Source: a virus. From it: DNA of 64,000 bases. Positions within the stretch are counted from its first letter, which is position 1. Every line of letters begins with the position of its first letter. The DNA lies in the IMG/VR virus record IMGVR_UViG_3300020477_001611, positions 1 through 64,000 of that record; one strand, given 5' to 3'. Below the pieces are notes generated by a model. It was not told the origin of the DNA and did no database searches. It saw only the letters and a program-made list of their open reading frames with translations. The translations under genes and the position numbers were made by a program. Below, piece after piece: positions 7,740 to 16,675 of this stretch.

Positions 7740-9278
7740 TTAAGGAGTGAACAAAGGATTTCCCTTGCCAAATACAAATATATAACTTTTTGGCGAAGAA
7801 GTCAAGTGTTTTTTGCCACGCGAGGAGGGAAGGCCCAAAGACCTCTCTAAGAAATAAAACGCTTCACGATTAAGAAGTTCCACTCTTTTTGTGGCCGGGT
7901 TTACTTTAAAAGAAGAACCAGCGCTGCTCTGAACCGCCGCATAATTGGGGACTTGCAGCAAAGAATAAAATTTTTCCTTCAAGTAAGAGCGCTGAGATAC
8001 TGGCATTCTTACTCCAGTCTCCATAATCCTAAAATCAACATATTGGTCGGTCAGCATCTTCTTGGGGAATAGCGTTGTTTGATCTGGAGGCATCAACCAA
8101 TTAAAATAATAATCGATATAAACACCAACAGAAGGTCGTAAATTTTGCATAGACTTGAATTCTTTCTGAAACAATTGTTTTAAATTTGTATCAGCCTCAT
8201 AAGAAGAGTAGGCTGGGTGTTTTGAAATAAACTTCTCATACATCCTCACAAGTGTCTGTGCAAAGAGGGCCAAATTTTTAACACCATAAACATCTTCATA
8301 ATATTGTTTATATGTTTCTACTGTAAGTCCCACTCCCGTCAACGAAAGGGCGCCCTTGAGGGCCGGCCTCATATATTTTTCGATCATAATATCCGACGAG
8401 AGGTCGGCAATCAACCTCCATGGATTGTTTGGATCAATTCTAAAGCCGTGCATTTTAGCCACATAGTTCAAAACTGGGAAACGAACATCGCTGATGACTT
8501 TAGATCTAAAGTTGTCTGATCCGATGTCTCCGTGAATTATATCTACAACAAGGCCGCTGGCGTATATAGAGTTGTGAGAGCTTTCATAGTAGGCCGGCTC
8601 AGTAAAAAAGAGGCCATTATTACGGATATAGGCAAAAAATAAATTATAAAAATCATTATAATTTTTAATTTTGCTGTTATATCTATTCGGCCTCAATACT
8701 TTGTCATAAAAGTCGTCATAAAGCGAATTATTGTCAACTAAATATTCAAAATACGATGGCACCGGTTCATAAGCGCGTGTTGCCTTAATCTGGTTTAATA
8801 TGCTACGAGGGTCACTTCTTCTTTTTTCATTGTACATCACAAGCAAATCATTGAAGGCTGCAGCGGCGAAGTCAACCAATTTCAGATCTGCAGAAACATT
8901 ACCGAGGGGAGCCCCAGCTTTTAAAGTAGTGAGAGAGCCATAATCATCAACCTTTCCGTAGTTTGGCTTCTCATACCAAGTGTCTAATTGATTTTTTAAA
9001 TTAACGCCCTTGGGGTTGTAGAGCCCAATGGGAAGATTTAACTCGTTGACATAAGTCTTATATGTGTTCCTATTTTTAAATAAAGCTTTAGTAGACGCAC
9101 TCTCATTGGCACTTGAAACATTGTTGGGGTCCACCCCAGAATCTTTAATAAAGGCTGCAGCCTCCTCAATAAACTCACTATAAACGGCTGCTGGCGCATC
9201 CATGTCTTCTGGCAACTCTTTTGCGCCCTGTAGGCCGCGAATATTAATTGTGACTGTTTTTTTAGTTTCAACCGTCAT
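7740..9278 (-). CDS. Hypothetical protein, possibly baseplate-associated
   Basis: 512-aa ORF overlapping the end of the hub-like gene; no motif recognised. Confidence 0.55.
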   Translation of the reverse strand: MTVETKKTVTINIRGLQGAKELPEDMDAPAAVYSEFIEEAAAFIKDSGVDPNNVSSANESASTKALFKNRNTYKTYVNELNLPIGLYNPKGVNLKNQLDTWYEKPNYGKVDDYGSLTTLKAGAPLGNVSADLKLVDFAAAAFNDLLVMYNEKRRSDPRSILNQIKATRAYEPVPSYFEYLVDNNSLYDDFYDKVLRPNRYNSKIKNYNDFYNLFFAYIRNNGLFFTEPAYYESSHNSIYASGLVVDIIHGDIGSDNFRSKVISDVRFPVLNYVAKMHGFRIDPNNPWRLIADLSSDIMIEKYMRPALKGALSLTGVGLTVETYKQYYEDVYGVKNLALFAQTLVRMYEKFISKHPAYSSYEADTNLKQLFQKEFKSMQNLRPSVGVYIDYYFNWLMPPDQTTLFPKKMLTDQYVDFRIMETGVRMPVSQRSYLKEKFYSLLQVPNYAAVQSSAGSSFKVNPATKRVELLNREAFYFLERSLGLPSSRGKKHLTSSPKSYIFVFGKGNPLFTP

Positions 9279-11872
9279 GCTTTATTGATTTTCACTCCGT
9301 ATAAATTGATATTGGTTTTTTCGGCACTAAGAATGTTAAAAAGATGCTTAACTAAAGTGACATCAGCCCATGGATTAAAAGTGATGTTTTGTAAATATCT
9401 TTTATTCTGCTCCTTCTTGGCCTGCTTGTTATTTTCGATTTCAGCCATACTGCAAACACGGTCGGCGGCAATATTGGTTTCATAGGAATTCGGCGTAATA
9501 ACATCTGTGACGCTCTTGATAAGATAAAAGCCGGACAAGCCCACTTCTTTTTCTTTTTCGATACCAAGGTTTGCTGCCGGAATATTAAAAATACCAGCCA
9601 CCCCATAGACATTATTTCCAAAAGTGGTAAGATTCGCTGCATAAAAATAAGGTGCGAATAGCCAATTAGTGTTCGTAGAGTTTAATAAAAGCAGCAGTGT
9701 CTGATAGTGGGGATTTTCAGTAGGCGAAAAGGAAACTTTCTTCAAAAGGCCAGCCGCTGCGCCGATTAAAACCCGATAATACCCCAGATCTAAATTGCGA
9801 GTTTTATTAAACACATCCTGTGCAAACAACGTACTTGTTTGTGGTGTCATAAGATCACTATTATTGTAAAAATTATTAGGGCCCGCGTGATAATGAATTA
9901 ATCTATTGTGGGCCTCATTGCTTATCATAAGCGCAAAAGAGTTTTTAAGAGGGTCCTCGGCGCCTTGAATAATTTCTTGGGACTGATTCCACGAAAGGGC
10001 GCCAGTATAACCATAAACCTGATATTTGATAGGAACTTGATAGGTGGGGTCAATACCATCATATAAAACGGCCGAAACTAAATCGCGCATTAACAAAGAG
10101 ATAAGAGTGCCAGCACCTATTGTTTTATTTTTTCTCAGAACGGCTTTAAGGTATAGGCGGAACACTTTCAAATCCACGAAAACATCACCTATATTACACC
10201 AATATTTTTGGCCATCAGGAAGGGCAACAAGAATATTGCCCAACATCACATAGGGAAGAATAGATTTAACTACGTCCCCCTTGTCGCTCACACCACCATC
10301 TTTTATATCCTCATCCGCAATGCGATAAATGGCCATTACGATGTCGCGAATGGTAGTGAACTTAAAAGTCTTTTTACCCCCCTTCTTAAAGGCTCCAAAA
10401 GAAGTGCGTAAAATCTTACCAATTTGTTTATCTAAAAACTGAGAGCCTTCGGTGCTTATTAGCTTATCTCCAACGGGGGGATCCTTGTCGATTTTCTCTT
10501 GAAGTTGCTTAACCACCTCTTTAACGTCATAAGTTGCAGTTCGCGATAATTCAATGCCCCCCTCAATACCAGCATATTTTACTTTAAAGTCCACTTTGGC
10601 AGTTTGTAGTTCCTTCTCCTTGAACGTGTAATTTACAGAATATGTCCCATCATAAATTCCTAAGTTATCTTCCAAAACAGCTTCAAAAATAGCAGGAAAA
10701 TATTGGGTATACTGTGCCTGAATATTAGCTCGATCTTGTCGTATAAGCCCTTGTATTTCATTTATATTCTCTTTTTGTTGCTTCTTGTCCATGCCCGGGG
10801 CGTCAAACGGGGGCCTAGTGCATTTTCTGCCTTGTAATTGACTTTCAATACATTCTTTATTTCTTTTCACACTTTCATACAGGCCAAGAAGTGTTGCAGC
10901 CTTTTTATCCACACCAGCCAATTCTTTTAATTTTTTCATAGTGAGGCGATTAACCTTAGTATTTCCAAAGGAAGTTGTTAAGCGGGTGCCCTTATGAAAT
11001 GCATCTAGGCCGATGCCGACATATTCGACAGTTAATTTAATAGATGCATCGTCAGCAAATTCAAAGTTGTGGCCGGCATAGTCCATTACGAACACCTTCT
11101 TTTCTTCGGCGTTAATAATTTCCTTCATCCCCCGAGCAATAATATCATCTGACACGGAATCCGCAACATTCCAGCCATATTCCAGCACAAGCGGGGCATT
11201 TGACCTAAAGCTGTTGGGCCGAATAAGCTCTGTATAACGAAGATCGGGATCGTGAGTAGAAAGGCCGTGCCATTTCGGAGCGGAAGCTACCTTTTCAGCG
11301 AACACTTGATAAGACTGAAAAAAATAAGTAATTTTTATGACGCCGGGATCAAACATATTCGCCGTCGCGTATTCCCTGCTGACTGTAACATTTTGAATTC
11401 CGGCGCCGTCGCCTTTGCCGAACTCAGGAAGGCGGCCGTATCCCGAAAGTGCTGTTTTCTTATCAAAAGAGATAATCTTTCTTTTTTTATAATTTTCAAA
11501 TTTACCATTCTTTTTTCTTGGTAATATGTATAATTGAATGTGAGGGCTTAGTGCTGCTTGCTGCTCAGGCTTCATTTTAAGCATGAAATCTACATACTTT
11601 TGTTTCTGTTCCTGACTTTTTATATAATTTTCTTTTATCTCAGCGTTTGATTTGCCGGGAATAATGTTGCGCTCCAAAGAGGTTTTAAACTTAGGGTGAA
11701 GGCCCAACACCTTTCCATTCGCATTTTTAAATTTTTGTTCATAAAACTCACTAAAAAATTTTCTTGCGACCTCATCTTTTGCCAATTGAGGGGTGATGAT
11801 GCGTGATAAAAAATACTGTAAGGTGGCCTCATCGTTTGCAGTGCGCTCTAAGTTTGGTAAATAAAGATCCAT
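9275..11872 (-). CDS. Putative baseplate hub protein (gp27/GpD-like)
   Basis: Follows the LysM-like gene. LVLEYGW near the N-terminus and C-terminal GLSGFYLIKSVTDVITPNSYETNI are hub-like. Confidence 0.55.
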   Translation of the reverse strand: MDLYLPNLERTANDEATLQYFLSRIITPQLAKDEVARKFFSEFYEQKFKNANGKVLGLHPKFKTSLERNIIPGKSNAEIKENYIKSQEQKQKYVDFMLKMKPEQQAALSPHIQLYILPRKKNGKFENYKKRKIISFDKKTALSGYGRLPEFGKGDGAGIQNVTVSREYATANMFDPGVIKITYFFQSYQVFAEKVASAPKWHGLSTHDPDLRYTELIRPNSFRSNAPLVLEYGWNVADSVSDDIIARGMKEIINAEEKKVFVMDYAGHNFEFADDASIKLTVEYVGIGLDAFHKGTRLTTSFGNTKVNRLTMKKLKELAGVDKKAATLLGLYESVKRNKECIESQLQGRKCTRPPFDAPGMDKKQQKENINEIQGLIRQDRANIQAQYTQYFPAIFEAVLEDNLGIYDGTYSVNYTFKEKELQTAKVDFKVKYAGIEGGIELSRTATYDVKEVVKQLQEKIDKDPPVGDKLISTEGSQFLDKQIGKILRTSFGAFKKGGKKTFKFTTIRDIVMAIYRIADEDIKDGGVSDKGDVVKSILPYVMLGNILVALPDGQKYWCNIGDVFVDLKVFRLYLKAVLRKNKTIGAGTLISLLMRDLVSAVLYDGIDPTYQVPIKYQVYGYTGALSWNQSQEIIQGAEDPLKNSFALMISNEAHNRLIHYHAGPNNFYNNSDLMTPQTSTLFAQDVFNKTRNLDLGYYRVLIGAAAGLLKKVSFSPTENPHYQTLLLLLNSTNTNWLFAPYFYAANLTTFGNNVYGVAGIFNIPAANLGIEKEKEVGLSGFYLIKSVTDVITPNSYETNIAADRVCSMAEIENNKQAKKEQNKRYLQNITFNPWADVTLVKHLFNILSAEKTNINLYGVKINKA

Positions 11873-11880
11873 AAACCCCC

Positions 11881-12228
11881 CTAAAGGCCGATAGCGCTTA
11901 AAACGTCTACGAGCGGCTTAGGAACCCTAATTAAATCCCCAACTTTAATGTGTTGTTCTGTGGGTTTTTGGTTGAACCATGCAATGACCCACCAATAACT
12001 TTCACTTCCATAATGTAGTGCAGAAAGTTTATAATATCTATCGCCAACACCCCAAACATGTGTTACATAACCAAAGTCCAATATTTCTTCAAAAGAGGGA
12101 TAAGAAAGGCGCGTGGTTTCTAATATTGGAATACCTTGTCGGCGCCCATATCGTTTAGAAAACATCTCGCGGTAGCCCAAATCATCATTAAATTTAGTTT
12201 TAGTTTTTGAGTAACGTGAAATAGGCAT
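11881..12228 (-). CDS. LysM-like baseplate wedge protein (gp53/GpX-like)
   Basis: HVWGVGDRYYKLSALHYGSESYWWVIAWFN...IKVGDLIRVP matches the LysM pattern. Confidence 0.8.
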   Translation of the reverse strand: MPISRYSKTKTKFNDDLGYREMFSKRYGRRQGIPILETTRLSYPSFEEILDFGYVTHVWGVGDRYYKLSALHYGSESYWWVIAWFNQKPTEQHIKVGDLIRVPKPLVDVLSAIGL

Positions 12229-12230
12229 AA

Positions 12231-13055
12231 TTATACATCTCCTAATATGGTGGCTTTGTTAATATCACGAGATATATTATCTTGTGTTTGACCATAGCTC
12301 TGAATATCTGTTTTATTAGTTAAAGTATTGCGGGTACGATACGGAAAATCATTTTTCTCGTTAAAGCCGCCGTTTTTAAAGCCAATTACATTCTCATGAA
12401 GAACGCCCATTGTAAAACTTAGTTTATAAGCGCGAAAATACAAGTTTTGTAAAAGCTGGTCTCCGTTGTCCATATAAACTCCATCCTGAAAGTCCATATC
12501 CCATGAAAATGCAGTAATGTAGCCCAACAACCCCTGCCATTGATTTCCGGCATTTAATATTAAATTGCCAAACTTAACCCTGATTAACGGAGGTGACGCC
12601 AATACGAGGTCTCCCTTAATAGAGTTGTATGTGGGGTAAAGATTTTCAATGAAGGTGTTCAGCTTCTTTAAGTTTTCGTTTGCATCATTTCTATCATAAC
12701 AGGGAATAGTTAAAGCCACATTTATAGTTCTCGTCGTGTTTGTATAGCGTGGGATGGGATCAGTGCGGCCATACACATTTTCAGGGCTAAAACCCACCTG
12801 ATAATTATCTTTAAAGCTTGTCATGTAAGCTGGAAGCGTAAGCGCTGGTGCGCTAATAAAATTTGTCATTCCAAGCAAAGAGGGCTCTGTTGTTGGAAAG
12901 GAAATGCGAATATTAGCAAAACTTAGCTGGTTTCGTATGGATGCCTCGGCCGGGTCGCATGTGGCCAAAGTCGGATCATAGCTAAGGCGGCTGGACAGTG
13001 TTTCAGCCAAGCCAGCATAACCATCACTCAAAAAAGATGATAATTGAATTGTCAT
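12231..13055 (-). CDS. Putative tail-tube initiator / baseplate-tube protein (GpU/gp54-like)
   Basis: YGRTDPIPRYTNTTRTINV and PPLIRVKFG; lies between the tape measure and LysM genes. Confidence 0.6.
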   Translation of the reverse strand: MTIQLSSFLSDGYAGLAETLSSRLSYDPTLATCDPAEASIRNQLSFANIRISFPTTEPSLLGMTNFISAPALTLPAYMTSFKDNYQVGFSPENVYGRTDPIPRYTNTTRTINVALTIPCYDRNDANENLKKLNTFIENLYPTYNSIKGDLVLASPPLIRVKFGNLILNAGNQWQGLLGYITAFSWDMDFQDGVYMDNGDQLLQNLYFRAYKLSFTMGVLHENVIGFKNGGFNEKNDFPYRTRNTLTNKTDIQSYGQTQDNISRDINKATILGDV

Positions 13056-13058
13056 TCA

Positions 13059-14489
13059 CTAAACTCCTCCCGCCGGGTTGGGCGTTGCCGTGTCGGCACC
13101 CGCCTTGATGGTCTGCTGGGCTGCGCCCTCCGTTATTGGCTTAAGCTGTGTTACTAAATTAGTCAAAGCGTTTTTTGCTGCCTTGACGGCCTCTGTAAAA
13201 TTGTCGGTTTCTCCAACGGCTTTAGCGCTAGCGCCAGTAAACTTATTAAGCATTGTTACTGCGCGGGGCATCGTTGTGCCCGCACCTGTAACGGCCGCCA
13301 TATCTCGTATTGTAATTAAAGCCTCTGTTGTTGCTGCCAACACATCCATTGGGGCAGTCGCCCTTCTAGCTCTGGCCACGATGTCGGCCATGGGATCGAT
13401 CCTAGTCGGCACTCCGCGCACTTCAGGTCGGCGCTGAAGGATGGCCATGGCGCCAGCGCCCCCAAGCTCTGGCAGCGTCGCTCCGATTGCGCGGAGAGCT
13501 TGGCTATAGACTTCAGGACTCATACCAGTGGGCAGTGGCCCCTTAGCACCGGGGGCCAGTCGTTGCATGGACCCAATGGCGCCCGTTAAGTTTTCTATAA
13601 TAGTCTGAGGCCGTTGTGCAATGTAGCCGCGTATATCCCCCATTTCGCCGCCCATAATGGCAGCCAAAGGAGCGAGGCCGCGGAATCTCTGGATTGCCTT
13701 TGGATAAGTTGCAAAACCCTCCACCATGGCACTAATCTGAACGGCATCTCGGCCGGTCTCACGAGCAAATTGGCCGATGGCTCCAGCAGCCTCTTTTACG
13801 ACACCCACGTCGCCCAAGGTCAACCATGTATCCTTTGATGCTATCATCACCCTTTCTAAAGTGCCCGGTAAAAGGTTATATTGTTTATTCAAAAGAGTAA
13901 TTTCGGCGGCGTTTGCGGCGGCGGCCTTGGCGCTCATGCCATATTGGCGGATAAAGATGTTTTGTAGACCTATTGCATCATTTTGTGCCGTTCCAAGTTT
14001 GACAGAGGCCTGCGTGAGCTTTTGTAGCATTCCCGTAGAAGATGCATACTGTTTTGCATTGCCAGCTAATATATTGCCATATATTTTTTCGCGTTCTATT
14101 AGCTCTTTGCTGGTGGTCCCCAGTCGTGCCGAGGCCTTTTGAAGCATCATGACCCTTGTGGCGGCTTCTGCTGCCGTTTCGCCATGGCGTGTGTAGGCGT
14201 AATTAGCAGCCTCTAGGGCTGCAGTGTACTCCGCAATTTGGGCAGCAGTTCTGGCACCGGGCACTGCTTGGCGTGGGTCAAGCACCCTCGTTGCCGCTTC
14301 TTCACCGACCCTAATCCCAGCTTGAGAAAAGGCCGCCAGCATTGCAGATGAGGCCGCGGCGCCGACAGCGCTACCAACGCCCTGACCAAAACTAGCGTCA
14401 AGCTGCTTTTTCATCGCAGTTGCGACTTGCGAACCTATCTTTTCTGGAAGATCATTTAATGTCTCTATTACTTGAACTAGCGTTGACAT
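13059..14489 (-). CDS. Putative tape measure protein
   Basis: Ala/Gly-rich, helical-looking 476-aa protein directly after the tail chaperone. Confidence 0.6.
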   Translation of the reverse strand: MSTLVQVIETLNDLPEKIGSQVATAMKKQLDASFGQGVGSAVGAAASSAMLAAFSQAGIRVGEEAATRVLDPRQAVPGARTAAQIAEYTAALEAANYAYTRHGETAAEAATRVMMLQKASARLGTTSKELIEREKIYGNILAGNAKQYASSTGMLQKLTQASVKLGTAQNDAIGLQNIFIRQYGMSAKAAAANAAEITLLNKQYNLLPGTLERVMIASKDTWLTLGDVGVVKEAAGAIGQFARETGRDAVQISAMVEGFATYPKAIQRFRGLAPLAAIMGGEMGDIRGYIAQRPQTIIENLTGAIGSMQRLAPGAKGPLPTGMSPEVYSQALRAIGATLPELGGAGAMAILQRRPEVRGVPTRIDPMADIVARARRATAPMDVLAATTEALITIRDMAAVTGAGTTMPRAVTMLNKFTGASAKAVGETDNFTEAVKAAKNALTNLVTQLKPITEGAAQQTIKAGADTATPNPAGGV

Positions 14490-14653
14490 CTTGCTGTTGT
14501 TCCTCTATCTCTTTCACATAAGTATCGAACACCCAATCTCTTTTGGCAACGGAAAATTTATATAAATCAGCAAATTGCCAATTTGTTTTCGTTACCAACA
14601 GATAAAGCAAACGATAAACATGCTCTATGTAATTAGAGGTCAGGCCAAAAAAA
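14452..14653 (-). CDS. Probable frameshift-accessed C-terminal extension of the tail chaperone (GT-like)
   Basis: Open frame FFGLTSNYIEHVYRLLYLL...KRDWVFD overlaps the chaperone end at a T7 run and contains no ATG. Confidence 0.6.
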
Positions 14654-15433
14654 GTTTGCCTGAATGGGCACGCCTCCTTCCAAGAGCTTCTTGCACTTGT
14701 CACATTCAGTGCTATATTCTAATTTAACTTGGGGTGCGCTTTCGTAATAAATTTGTTTTAAATATCGGGAATCTCGGATAGGCATCGAAGCAATATATTC
14801 AGCTATCTTGCCCTTATTAGTTTCTCCATCCACAGAAAGAATAATTTTTAAATACAACTCTTGCAATGGAGACGTTTCAATACCATGTTTTTTCTTGGCT
14901 TCAACAGCCTTATCAATAGTTCTAAGCTGCTTGGGTGTAAGATGGCGGTACTCCACGGTTTTGTCGCCCTTTGGCAACGTAACCACCATGGTGCTGTCTG
15001 GGGTCAGTTCCACGTCTTCTCGGGAGCCTTCGGACAAAACCTTGTCGGACAAGCTAAGCTTTTCTTCGTTATGGTGGCTACAAGCATTACATTCAACGCC
15101 TACAACATATTCATCCCCATAAGCTTCTTGTCGAGCCGCATAGAGGATGGCTGTCTGGTCGCCGTCAAATAAATCTGAAGGGTCGAGCTTCTTATCCACT
15201 ATAACGCTTTTCAAGAATTTTTCAAATATAACCCCTTCTTCGATATACGAAGCATTAGTTAGGATATCCTCCTCCTTAGTCGTCATCATCTTTAATTCAA
15301 TTTTTGTGACGTTGTGAAGGGGGTGGTTGGGGGGATATAATTTCCCTTGAGATGGTAGTTCTGTATAATATGTTAAAGTTTCATATTCATTTGTCGTCGG
15401 GCTTTCTGCCGCCGATAAATCAAATCGATTCAT
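14633..15433 (-). CDS. Baseplate hub / tail assembly chaperone (T4 gp26-like)
   Basis: ELPSQGKLYP, MTTKEEDIL, ARQEAYG, two CxxC motifs, terminal FFWP; between tubes and tape measure. Confidence 0.8.
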   Translation of the reverse strand: MNRFDLSAAESPTTNEYETLTYYTELPSQGKLYPPNHPLHNVTKIELKMMTTKEEDILTNASYIEEGVIFEKFLKSVIVDKKLDPSDLFDGDQTAILYAARQEAYGDEYVVGVECNACSHHNEEKLSLSDKVLSEGSREDVELTPDSTMVVTLPKGDKTVEYRHLTPKQLRTIDKAVEAKKKHGIETSPLQELYLKIILSVDGETNKGKIAEYIASMPIRDSRYLKQIYYESAPQVKLEYSTECDKCKKLLEGGVPIQANFFWPDL

Positions 15434-15442
15434 TATTGCCTC

Positions 15443-16060
15443 TTAATAAGTTGTTTCCACATTACTTTTATTAAAGTAACTTACATTAGCCCAATCGTAG
15501 GCCAATGTTACGGATGCGCCGATTACACTGTCTGAGTTATAGCCGAGCTTATCAAATTTAACCTGTTTTACCCACGCATTAATCAAACTGTATTCTTCGT
15601 ATTTTTGGCCCGCCGGTGTAAGGACCTCAATTTTTACTGCGCCCAAAGTTGCCACCAAACTGGCTTTGCTCATGTCCTTTATATTGCTTAAATTAATCCT
15701 ATCAGGAGTATCATAACTGTTTTCTGTCATTTTTTTAAGCAAAATTCCAGCAACACTATCTGTTACATCGTTTGAAAACAACTCTATAACAGTAAATGTC
15801 ACATCATCCCACTCAATAGTCCCTAGCGGAAATTTTAATTTCCAATTTAAAAGTTGATAATCTTTACTTTTTGCAGTGTATGTGGGGCGTGTAACATCTT
15901 TTACGATACCAACTGGAATGCCATCTATACGAAGCACAAACCGGAAGCCTTGTTGGGCCTCCATTCGCGAGCCTTGTTGATAATTCGACATGTCGGCATC
16001 TCTTCGGAATGCCGAATCTCTCATCCTCTGACGTTTATTAATATCAGCAACAGTGCCCAT
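15443..16060 (-). CDS. Tail tube protein paralog 2 (gp19-like)
   Basis: FRFVLRI...VTRP...EWDDVTFT...EEYSLINAW...LAYDWA. Confidence 0.8.
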   Translation of the reverse strand: MGTVADINKRQRMRDSAFRRDADMSNYQQGSRMEAQQGFRFVLRIDGIPVGIVKDVTRPTYTAKSKDYQLLNWKLKFPLGTIEWDDVTFTVIELFSNDVTDSVAGILLKKMTENSYDTPDRINLSNIKDMSKASLVATLGAVKIEVLTPAGQKYEEYSLINAWVKQVKFDKLGYNSDSVIGASVTLAYDWANVSYFNKSNVETTY

Positions 16061-16075
16061 AATGCCTTACCTTAC

Positions 16076-16085
16076 TATAATTAGG
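16076..16085 (-). promoter_or_regulatory. Candidate late promoter (CCTAATTATA)
   Basis: Recurrent motif, 15 nt upstream of the tube-2 ATG. Confidence 0.5.
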
Positions 16086-16650
16086 CTAAAGTATTATTTT
16101 GCGCTGGTTCGAAAACTTCTAAGTCCGCGAAGTCATATTGGAAAGTAACCGTAACAGTTGTCAACGCTTCACTTCCATAGTTTAAATCGCCATAGTTCAC
16201 ACCGGAAATCCATGCATTACGAAGGGTCCACTTCTCCACCATGTTGCCGGCAGAATCTAAAGCTTTGACCGCAATATCACCTAAATTACCATTGGTAAAA
16301 TTATTTTTAGAAAACGTCTGAAGCCACCCTTCGTTGTCGGCGCTCCACTCGGAAGGCAACACATAGCCGGCCTTTTTAACAGCATCGAAAAGGACACCAG
16401 AAACATCAGGATCAATTGGTTCTACAAGCTTAATTTGAAATTGATTCCATGTCAACCTTCCCGGGTATTTAAACGTATGTCCTAAAAACTGATGTGTTGC
16501 ACCAGCAGACACTGTAAAGTCCGGGCGCTGAGCCGTTAAAACCACCCACGCTGGAATATCGCCAATTGTCAAAATAAATTTAAATTCGCGTTTTGGCTCA
16601 ATCTTAGCTGATGCCCATGGTGGTAAAGGTGTAGTTTTATTAGCTGCCAT
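16081..16650 (-). CDS. Tail tube protein (gp19-like)
   Basis: EPKREFKF...AQRP...YPGRLTW...EKWTLRNAW...YGDLNY...FQYDFA; directly after the sheath. Confidence 0.88.
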   Translation of the reverse strand: MAANKTTPLPPWASAKIEPKREFKFILTIGDIPAWVVLTAQRPDFTVSAGATHQFLGHTFKYPGRLTWNQFQIKLVEPIDPDVSGVLFDAVKKAGYVLPSEWSADNEGWLQTFSKNNFTNGNLGDIAVKALDSAGNMVEKWTLRNAWISGVNYGDLNYGSEALTTVTVTFQYDFADLEVFEPAQNNTLA

Positions 16651-16664
16651 TGTTATTCTCCTAC

Positions 16665-16674
16665 TTTAAATAGT
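16665..16674 (-). promoter_or_regulatory. Candidate late promoter (ACTATTTAAA)
   Basis: Motif followed by an AGGAG RBS and the tube ATG. Confidence 0.5.
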
Positions 16675-16675
16675 T

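Noticed and set aside
14628-14637. TCTAATTACA as another late promoter
   Set aside because: It has a mismatch in the conserved core and lies in a doubly coding region; too weak to call.
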